In this document: in pieces, positions 1 to 7,050 of the stretch
Layout: each line of letters starts with the position of its first letter
Position numbering within the stretch: position 1 is the stretch's first letter
DNA from: Octopus sinensis
Taxonomy: Eukaryota
Length of the DNA: 8,494 nucleotides
Assembly: GCF_006345805.1 (NCBI RefSeq)
Contig: NW_021828558.1
Span: 1-8,494 of the forward strand
Reading direction: 5' to 3'
The notes under the pieces: model-generated
What the model was told of the DNA's origin: nothing
Databases searched by the model: none
The model's input: the letters and a program-made list of their open reading frames with translations, nothing else
Made by a program: the position numbers and the translations under genes

Positions 1-297
1 ACAAGATTCTCTGACACAGCAAAAATCTAAAATCCATTAACATAAGACCACTTGGGATTAACGTTGCCAGCTAATTCTTTCCAGTACATTCTTCCAAAGA
101 TGATACCGTTTTCAGCTCTTACATTTAAGTCACTCATTATGTACAGTTTGTCTGTTTGGGTACCAAATGAATAAGACTCAAAAGTTCTTAAATGAAACTT
201 CCCCAGATGTAGAAGTAAGGGGCTATATACGATGGAAGTATCTTCAATCGAAACAGATTCTTGTGAAACAATAAAATATCAACGTACACTATTTCAA

Positions 298-316
298 AAA
301 CGCGCTATGCCGGTGA
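298..316 (+). repeat. Left target-site duplication of the SINE dimer
   Basis: aaacgcgctatgccggtga (298-316) vs aaacgcactctgccggtga (768-786): 17/19 identical, directly flanking the SINE dimer. Confidence 0.85.
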
Positions 317-548
317 AAGGCGGCGAGCTGGCAGAAACGTTAGCATGCCGGCGAAATACTCAGCGGTATTTCGTCTGTCTTTACGTTGTGAGTTCAAATT
401 CCGCCGAGGTCGACTTTGCCTTTCATCCTTTCGGGGTCGATAAATTAAGTACCAGTTACGCACTGGGGTCGATGTAATCGACTTAATCCGTTTGTCTGTC
501 CTTGTTTGTACCCTCTATGTTTAGCTCCTTGTGGGTAATAAAGAAACA
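317..548 (+). mobile_element. tRNA-derived SINE, copy 1 (full head)
   Basis: GGCGGCGAGCTGGCAGAAACG head with an A-box-like motif (329-339), B-box-like GTTCAAATTCC (392-402), and an A-rich tail aataaagaaaca. Near-identical to copy 2. Resembles an abundant octopus SINE (from memory). Confidence 0.8.
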
Positions 549-767
549 AGAAACGTTAGCACGCCGGGCGAAATGCTCAGCGGTATTTCGTCTGCCGTTA
601 CGTTCTGAGTTCAAATTCCACCGAGGTCGACTTTGTCTTTCATCCTTTCGGGGTCGATAAATAAAGTACCAGTTACACACTGGGGTCATTGTAATCGACT
701 TAATCCGTTTGTCTGTCCTTGTTTGTCCCCTCTATCTTTGGCCCCTTGTGGGCAATAAAGAAATAAG
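549..767 (+). mobile_element. tRNA-derived SINE, copy 2 (5'-truncated by ~16 nt, in tandem with copy 1)
   Basis: Direct repeat of 333-548 with a period of ~216-217 bp. It begins at agaaacgttagc, fused to the A-rich tail of copy 1, and ends aataaagaaataag. Confidence 0.8.
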
Positions 768-786
768 AAACGCACTCTGCCGGTGA
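768..786 (+). repeat. Right target-site duplication of the SINE dimer
   Basis: 17/19 match to 298-316. The LINE reading frame resumes here (GGT GAC AAT = G D N). Confidence 0.85.
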
Positions 787-1752
787 CAATGATGTATCCA
801 GTCATGATCAAATCCACGTCTAACAAATAAAGTAACTCTTGGGTCTCAGGATATGAAGATTACAGCCTAAAAGGTTACAACTTGTTCCAGTCTCATCCAA
901 AGTCCACCTCAAAAGATCGAAATAGACATCAACAACAACCCGATCGAAGAGGTTACCTGATTTCAATACCCTGGTTATATCGTCTCTTCCTATGTGACCA
1001 TGGACAAGGGTATCAACATAAGGATACGTGCAGCTCATGTTGTGTATGGAAAACTTTTTCAAAGAGTCTTTAAGAATCACAGAGTGAAAACTGTTGCCAA
1101 GTTGTCTGTATGCCGATCAGTAGTTATCAAATAATGACTTTATATTTGTTGACTCACACCAAAGAGCTGGAACTGTTCCACCAATAAAAACTTCATTCAC
1201 TTGTAGGGGACACAAATGAAGTACACCATAAATATGTCCTTAGAACAAACAGAAACGAAAAACCTCGATGTGATGATAAGCAGTTGTCAGCTGCTTAGGA
1301 TTGGCCATGTTCAAAGGATGGACAATGAATAAGTACGAAAATCAATTCTTTATTTCGATCTCGTAGCAGGAAAATGTCATCATTGAAGTCCACAACTGAG
1401 GTTCAAAAAATGTTTTGAAACAGAATCTCACACTTCGTGGAATCCAGTAAAAGCCGTCCGGACGGTCACAGAGAACAGAAAGCAACGAAGGAATCTTTGC
1501 TATCTTGGCTACTAACTATTTGAGCAGAACAGAAAAGGCAAATAGTACCAAAAAAAAAAAAAACAGCATATGAGAAACAGAAAGCTGGCCACGACTGGCG
1601 AAAGTGTCCCAGTAAACCCGTACAGGAAATGTCATCAAAAGTTTCAAGCAAATTGGGTTTCGGTAGTCATCTGAGGTCCCATGTTAGAAGGTGGAATAAA
1701 ATTGAAGTGGGTGAGACTAACAAAATTGAGTATGTCTAATACGTCAATGACT

Positions 1753-1798
1753 ATACACACACATCTGTATGTATGTATGTATAATAAATATATATATA

Positions 1799-1850
<52 letters not shown>

Positions 1851-2015
1851 ATGTATGTATGTATATATATATATATTATATATATATATTATAATATGTA
1901 TATATATATATGTATGGATGTATGTATATAATATATAGTATGTATGTATATATATATATATATATATATGTAGTATGTATGTATGTATATATGTAATATG
2001 TATTATATATGTATG

Positions 2016-2068
<53 letters not shown>

Positions 2069-2148
2069 GTATGTGTATATATATATATATATTATATATA
2101 TATATACATATATACTAACGCACACACACATACACACACACACATACA
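1753..2148. repeat. Compound microsatellite (TA)n/(TATG)n/(CA)n
   Basis: Directly visible di- and tetranucleotide runs. Confidence 0.95.
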
Positions 2149-2741
2149 CGTACGCATTAGAAAAACGCATGTCTATACACACACACGCCGGAGGTTTGTA
2201 ACCGTGCAAGAACCGTTATACCATCCATGTTTTATTATTGTTTTATTATTGTGTGTCTCTGCAAGTCACAATTATTTATATGTTGTACTTACCGCATTTA
2301 TATCTGTTGCCATTACTCATATATATTTTGTTATTATATATTTTTGATTTACATATATTTTTTCAGATTTTTTCATTCGTTATTCGCCTGTTTTTTTTTT
2401 TTTTGCATTTTTTGATATTTCTCATATTTGCTTTATTATTTTTAGTTCGAATATGGATGTATAAATGTGTGTATATTTGTATGTATATGTAAATACTTGT
2501 TTATGTATTCGACTACGAGTATGTATGCAAGTACGTGTAGGTTCGATGGTGTGCATATAATTATGTGAATACACTTCTTTGCGTGCGTGTATGTATGTAT
2601 GGTTGAATGAGAGAGTGAGAGAGTGCATGCGTGTGTGTACGTGTGTGTCTAAGAATACGGATGTATAAACATTGCTTAGACATGTAATTGCTAATATTTA
2701 ATCATCGGTGCTGATATGGCTCCAAAAATATATGTATGTAT

Positions 2742-2742
2742 A

Positions 2743-2791
<49 letters not shown>
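2742..2791. repeat. (CA)n microsatellite
   Basis: About 25 CA units with one interruption. Confidence 0.95.
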
Positions 2792-2792
<1 letters not shown>

Positions 2793-2796
2793 TCTA

Positions 2797-3020
2797 CTCC
2801 TTATGTAGAGTCTGACCACCTCCATGGCGTCTGATGTGACATTTAAACCCGGCAATGTATTGAAAATACACCAACTTTAGATTGCATATCTGATTTGGAC
2901 CACCAAGAGTTGCAGTTAAGTTCTGATCCTTGTGGATCTTAAAATGTATTTTGAGACCTCCGTTAAATTTGCAGACCTTATGACATACACGGTGTTGAAA
3001 GGTGTGCACAGATATATAGG
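2797..3020 (-). mobile_element. Possible 3'-terminal fragment of a second LINE with two degenerate C2H2 fingers
   Basis: The minus-strand ORF 2794-3009 contains HRVC-x12-HFKIH and CNLK-x12-HIRRH, both with C2H2 spacing and one Cys lost. GGLKxH/AGFKxH resembles RTE C-terminal fingers, there is no TGEKP linker, and a (TG)n tail follows the stop. Confidence 0.4.
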
Positions 3021-3026
3021 CAAAAT

Positions 3027-3090
3027 AGTTGGTGGAGGTTCGTTTTCGTAAGTTGGTGGAAGTTCATTTTCATAAGTTGGTGGAGGTTCG
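3027..3090. repeat. 24-bp minisatellite, ~2.7 copies
   Basis: agttggtggaggttcgttttcgta / agttggtggaagttcattttcata / agttggtggaggttcg. Confidence 0.9.
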
Positions 3091-3102
3091 TATATAAATA
3101 TA

Positions 3103-3148
<46 letters not shown>

Positions 3149-3208
3149 ATGCATACATGCACATATGTATACACTCACACACATGTATATATATATATAT
3201 ATATATAT
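3091..3208. repeat. (TA)n-rich compound microsatellite, left flank of the array
   Basis: TA runs at 3106-3150 and 3186-3208 with a CA-rich spacer. Confidence 0.95.
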
Positions 3209-3435
3209 AATCAATCAATATAGGGAGGCAAAAAAATTTTGTAGAATTCTTTTGCCCCAGCGGCCTAGTGGGAAAAAATTAAATAGTCATAAACCATTTT
3301 TAAGTTCAATATCACAATCAAGGAACGGCCATAATAGGCCATTCACCCACTAGAAATAACAGCCAAAAAGCTTCAACCGCAAAATAACATTAATTCCGTA
3401 AACCAGGAGAAAATTAAAAAACACTTTACCCTGAA

Positions 3436-3543
3436 ATTCCTTATACGATGCACCGTTTCGTCTACTTGTTAAATGGTAAACTAACCTGATTAAATTAAAT
3501 CAAGCCAATCTACCATAGGCCCTTAGATTCATCAGTAAGGAAT
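3436..3543 (-). ncRNA. Type I hammerhead ribozyme, copy 1 (intact core)
   Basis: Reverse complement reads ATTCCTTA-CTGATGA-[69-nt stem II domain ATCTA...TAGAC]-GAAACGG-TGCA-TCGTA-TAAGGAAT. Stem I is 8 perfect bp; stem III is A-U, C-G, G-C, G-U; GUA triplet. Predicted cleavage between 3444 and 3443. Confidence 0.85.
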
Positions 3544-3926
3544 AGCCAAATCGGAACAGATATTTTTCACGAGGCATTCCCGTCCATGCCTCGCTAATAT
3601 CTGACCTAAAATTTTCAAATCGTCGCACTCGCGCCAAATTTATCGGCAGCAAATAATATAAGCAGCCGATTCCATTACGGAACCAACCAGAAAATTCATA
3701 ATTAATCAATATAGGGAGGCAAAAAATTTTGTAGAATTCTTTTGCCCCCAGCGGCCTAGTGGGAAAAAATTAAATAGTCATAAACCATTTTTAAGTTCAA
3801 TATCACAATCAAGGAACGGCCATAATAGGCCATTCACCCACTAGAAATAACAGCCAAAAAGCTTCAACCGCAAAATAACATTAATTCCGTAAACCAGGAG
3901 AAAATTAAAAAACACTTTACCCTGAA

Positions 3927-4034
3927 ATTCCTTATACGATGCACCGTTTCGTCTACTTGTTAAATGGTAAACTAACCTGATTAAATTAAATCAAGCCAAT
4001 CTACCATAGGCCCTTAGATTCATCAGTAAGGAAT
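3927..4034 (-). ncRNA. Type I hammerhead ribozyme, copy 2 (intact core)
   Basis: Same 108-nt motif as copy 1, 491 bp away. Predicted cleavage between 3935 and 3934. Confidence 0.85.
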
Positions 4035-4713
4035 AGCCAAATCGGAACAGATATTTTTCACGAGGCATTCCCGTCCATGCCTCGCTAATATCTGACCTAA
4101 AATTTTCAAATCGTCGCACTCGCGCCAAATTTATCGGCAGCAAATAAATATAAGCGCCGATTCCATTACGGAACCAACCAGAAAATTCATAATTAATCAT
4201 ATAGGGAGGCAAAAAATTTTGTAGAATTCTTTTGCCCCCAGCGGCCTAGTGGGAAAAAATTAAATAGTCATAAACCATTTTTAAGTTCAATATCACAATC
4301 AAGGAACGGCCATAATAGGCCATTCCCCACTAGAAATAACAGCCCAAAAGCTTCAACCGCAAAATAACATTAATTCCGTATTTTGCGGTTGAAGCTTTTT
4401 GGCTGTTATTTCTAGTGGGTGAATGGCCTATTATGGCCGTTCCTTGATTGTGATATTGAACTTAAAAATGGTTTATGACTATTTAATTTTTTCCACTAGG
4501 CCGCTGGGGGCAAAAGAATTCTACAAAATTTTTTTGCCTCCCTATATTGATTAATTATGAATTTTCTGGTTGGTTCCGTAATGGAATCGGCGGCTTATAT
4601 TTATTTGCTGCCGATAAATTTGGCGCGAGTGCGACGATTTGAAAATTTTAGGTCAGATATTAGCGAGGCATGGACGGGAATGCCTCGTAAAAAATATCTG
4701 TTCCGATTTGGCT

Positions 4714-4817
4714 ATTCCTTACTGATGAATCTAAGGGCCTATGGTAGATTGGCTTGATTTAATTTAATCAGGTTAGTTTACCATTAAACATAGACGAACG
4801 GTGCATCGTATAAGAAT
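4714..4817 (+). ncRNA. Type I hammerhead ribozyme, copy 3 (GAAA reads GAA; stem I 3' strand lacks one G)
   Basis: ATTCCTTA 4714-4721, CTGATGA 4722-4728, 19-bp hairpin 4741-4784, then ...TAGACGAACGGTGCATCGTA-TAAGAAT. The 1-nt deletions may be decay or consensus error. Confidence 0.7.
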
Positions 4818-5201
4818 TTCAGGGTAAATGTTTTTTTAATTTTCTCCTGGTTTACGGAATTAATGTTATTTTGCGGTTGAAGCTTTTTGGCTGTTATTTC
4901 TAGTGGGTGAATGGCCTATTATGGCCGTTCTTGATTGTGATATTGAACTTAAAAATGGTTTATGACTATTTAATTTTTTCCCACTAGGCCGCTGGGGGCA
5001 AAAGAATTCTACAAAATTTTTTTGCCTCCCTATATTGATTAATTATGAATTTTCTGGTTGGTTCCGTAATGGAATCGGCGGCTTATATTTATTTGCTGCC
5101 GATAAATTTGGCGCGAGTGCGACGATTTGAAAATTTTAGGTCAGATATTAGCGAGGCATGGACGGGAATGCCTCGTGAAAAATATCTGTTCCGATTTGGC
5201 T

Positions 5202-5307
5202 ATTCCTTACTGATGAATCTAAGGGCCTATGGTAGATTGGCTTGATTAAATTTAATCAGGTTAGTTTACCATTAAACAGTAGACGAACGGTGCATCGTAT
5301 AAGGAAT
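5202..5307 (+). ncRNA. Type I hammerhead ribozyme, copy 4 (GAAA reads GAA)
   Basis: ATTCCTTA 5202-5209, CTGATGA 5210-5216, GTA 5297-5299, TAAGGAAT 5300-5307. Confidence 0.72.
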
Positions 5308-5688
5308 TTCAGGGTAATGTTTTTTTAATTTTCTCCTGGTTTACGGAATTAATGTTATTTTGCGGTTGAAGCTTTTTGGCTGTTATTTCTAGTGGGTGAA
5401 TGGCCTATTATGGCCGTTCCTGATTGTGATATTGAACTTAAAAATGGTTTATGACTATTAATTTTTTCCCACTAGGCCGCTGGGGGCAAAAGAATTCTAC
5501 AAAATTTTTTTGCCTCCCTATATTGATTAATTATGAATTTTCTGGTTGGTTCCGTAATGGAATCGGCGGTTTATATATTATTGCTGCCGATAAATTTGGC
5601 GCGAGTGCGACGATTTGAAAATTTTAGGTCAGATATTAGCGAGGCATGGACGGGAATGCCTCGTGAAAAATATCTGTTCCGATTGGCT

Positions 5689-5795
5689 ATTCTTACTGAT
5701 GAATCTAAGGGCCTATGGTAGATTGGCTTGATTTAATTTAATCAGGTTAGTTTACCATTAAACAGTAGACGAAACGGTGGCATCGTATAAGGAAT
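5689..5795 (+). ncRNA. Type I hammerhead ribozyme, copy 5 (core intact; 1-nt indels in stem I and loop III)
   Basis: ATTCTTA 5689-5695, CTGATGA 5696-5702, GAAAC 5771-5775, loop TGGCA, GTA 5785-5787, TAAGGAAT 5788-5795. Confidence 0.72.
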
Positions 5796-5912
5796 TTCAG
5801 GGTAAATGTTTTTTTATTTTCTCCTGGTTTACGAAATTAATGGTTTTTGCGGTTGAAGCTTTTTGGCTGTTATTTCTAGTGGGGAATGGCCTATTATGGC
5901 CGTTCCTTGATT

Positions 5913-5915
<3 letters not shown>

Positions 5916-5957
<42 letters not shown>
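5916..5957. repeat. (TA)n microsatellite, right flank of the array
   Basis: About 21 perfect AT units abutting the end of the array. Confidence 0.95.
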
Positions 5958-5960
<3 letters not shown>

Positions 5961-6956
5961 GTGTGTTTGTGTAGACAAATAATTATATGTGCGTATGTAT
6001 ACGTGTATCTATATCTACGTGTGTATGCGCATGTGATTGTATGTACATACATCTGAATACATTTTGTACGTAGGTATTGTGAATACGTGCATAATATTTG
6101 GATACATCTATATATGTACGTATTAACAGAAGTCCGAAGATGCACCCAAGATTAATTTTTACTCACATGTAATCTTGTGATCTGTATGTTTAATTCCTGC
6201 TCTAGTAGATATTTTTTCGGAAATACCTCTAGTTAATAAGTAAACCTTAAGCGCTTTGGAGGAGCATAATTTTGAGCAGGGTTCCTCGTAGTGAAAAACA
6301 AGGCATTTCTAGAGAGTTAGTATCACTCTGAACTCTCGGGTTTCGTACAATAAATGTTTTAGCACCTCACTATTGATCTCTCAGATTTGGACGATATTTG
6401 AATAGTATGAACATGTTTGGAGAAACATGTATCGGCAGACATAGCTATGTCCAGGTCACAAGTGATCCCAGTACTTTAAATTGGTTCTCTGTATAGGCGG
6501 GGATGAGGTAGAACTTTTCGTTGTGGCGATAATCTTTCTATAAGAGAGGACATGAAATTTTTTTCGGCGTTGAGCAATGTGTTTCGTATTCTCTGTAATA
6601 TATGGTATCTAGGTTTTGCTAAAACACACAAACATGCACATACGTGGGTGCGTAGTGTCGGGACACTTATCAGAAAGAATAAGGTGAGGTTTACATGGGG
6701 AGTGGAGTAACCGACATTATGGACCGTCATTCAAGGTAAAAATGGCACGGGGGAAACTAATAGCAGGTGAGCACTCACAAAATCATATGATAAATATATG
6801 TGTGTGTGTGAGTGTGTGTGTGAGTGTGTGTGTGCGCCTTCACACACTTTAAATTGAAGGATTACGCAGTACATTTGCAAATGCACAAATTTATTATTTC
6901 TTGTTTAAGAATAATATTGATAGTGACTTCGAAGTTTCGGCTAGCTAAGCCATCAT

Positions 6957-6997
6957 GTATGTATGTATGTATGTATGTATGTATGTATGTATCTATC

Positions 6998-7034
<37 letters not shown>

Positions 7035-7045
7035 TATATGTATAT
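6957..7045. repeat. (TATG)n/(TA)n microsatellite
   Basis: Directly visible. Confidence 0.95.
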
Positions 7046-7050
7046 AAGGA

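Larger units (their letters stand above)
190..1700 (+). mobile_element. Decayed RTE/BovB-like non-LTR retrotransposon (3' part of RT plus C-terminal region), interrupted by a SINE dimer at 317-767
   Basis: Manual translation across stops and frameshifts gives RTE-like motifs in the expected order: YDGSIFNRNRFL*NNKISTYTISKTRYAG|D (228-316, resuming at 782; YADD-type motif), NNPIEEVT*FQYPGYIVSSYVTMDKGINIRIRAAHVVYGKLFQRVFKNHRVKTVAKLSVCRSVVI (934-1128; cf. FTYLGS...NRIAKASAAFGRL...TKLKVYRAVV), KELELFHQ (~1160), CQLLRIGHVQRMDNE*VRKSILY (1285-1353; cf. QLRWAGHVxRM...PKQLLY), and a terminal [12 protein letters not shown] (to 1682; cf. RIGLxSHxRTH). Boundaries are approximate. Confidence 0.85.
3206..4380 (-). 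mobile_element. Left arm of a ~490-bp tandem array (retrozyme-like element, ~2.4 units; ribozyme-sense strand is -)
   Basis: The marker tagggaggc recurs at 3221, 3712 and 4202 (periods 491, 490). Units are near-identical and contain hammerhead motifs on the - strand. Confidence 0.85.
4379..5919 (+). mobile_element. Right arm of the ~490-bp tandem array, inverted relative to the left arm (~3.1 units; ribozyme-sense strand is +)
   Basis: Reverse complement of the left-arm unit. The marker cctcccta recurs at 4537, 5025 and 5513 (period 488). The arm ends at gtgatat, running into (TA)n. Confidence 0.85.

Noticed and set aside
232-1651. ORF-track entries 232-477, 483-689, 820-1080, 882-1073, 1466-1651, and also 7858-8103
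   Set aside because: They are off-frame or antisense readings of the LINE, SINE and mariner remnants; the meaningful frames are broken by stops.
2230-2450. T-rich tract with ...ttttcag and ...tttttag as possible splice acceptors
   Set aside because: No credible downstream exon was found; it is indistinguishable from low-complexity sequence.
1983-2628. ORFs rich in YI/YV/HT/CV (also 2916-3353, 5777-6145, 6824-7087)
   Set aside because: These are translations of (TA)n/(TATG)n/(CA)n microsatellites and T-rich low-complexity DNA.
3261-3312. A-box-like CGGCCTAGTGG and B-box-like GTTCAATATC 43 bp apart in the unit (antisense to the ribozyme)
   Set aside because: Both matches are imperfect, a T5 run lies just before the B-like box, there is no cloverleaf, and CTAGTGGG is explained as one strand of an RNA helix.
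3226-3352. Hairpin followed by CTAG, resembling a Helitron 3' end
   Set aside because: There is no 5'-TC start after either CTAG and the array ends do not coincide with them. The hammerhead and G-U strand bias point to an RNA intermediate.
3221-3711. A second ribozyme on the opposite strand (viroid-like ambisense RNA)
   Set aside because: The CTGA occurrences on that strand (CTGAAAT, CTGATTA, CTGACCT) do not fit CUGANGA. Other ribozyme classes were not recognised by eye, but a covariance-model search was not possible.
4557-4757. 66-73 aa ORF (..LLPINLARVRRFENFRSDISEAWTGMPREKYLFRFGYSLLMNLRAYGRLA) repeated in five units on the ribozyme strand
   Set aside because: Recurrence is explained by near-identical repeats. 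The N-terminus is frameshifted between copies, no domain is recognisable, and it overlaps RNA helices and the hammerhead core. Ribosome profiling or proteomics would be needed to revive it.
3206-5919. The inverted array as a simple long-read fold-back artefact
   Set aside because: The arms are unequal (~1.16 vs ~1.54 kb), end at different unit phases, and have non-mirrored outer flanks. This is not fully excluded without raw reads.
3206-5919. CRISPR array, rDNA/5S or tRNA cluster as the explanation for the periodicity
   Set aside because: Whole ~490-bp units are repeated with no unique spacers and no rRNA or tRNA similarity, and the context is eukaryotic.
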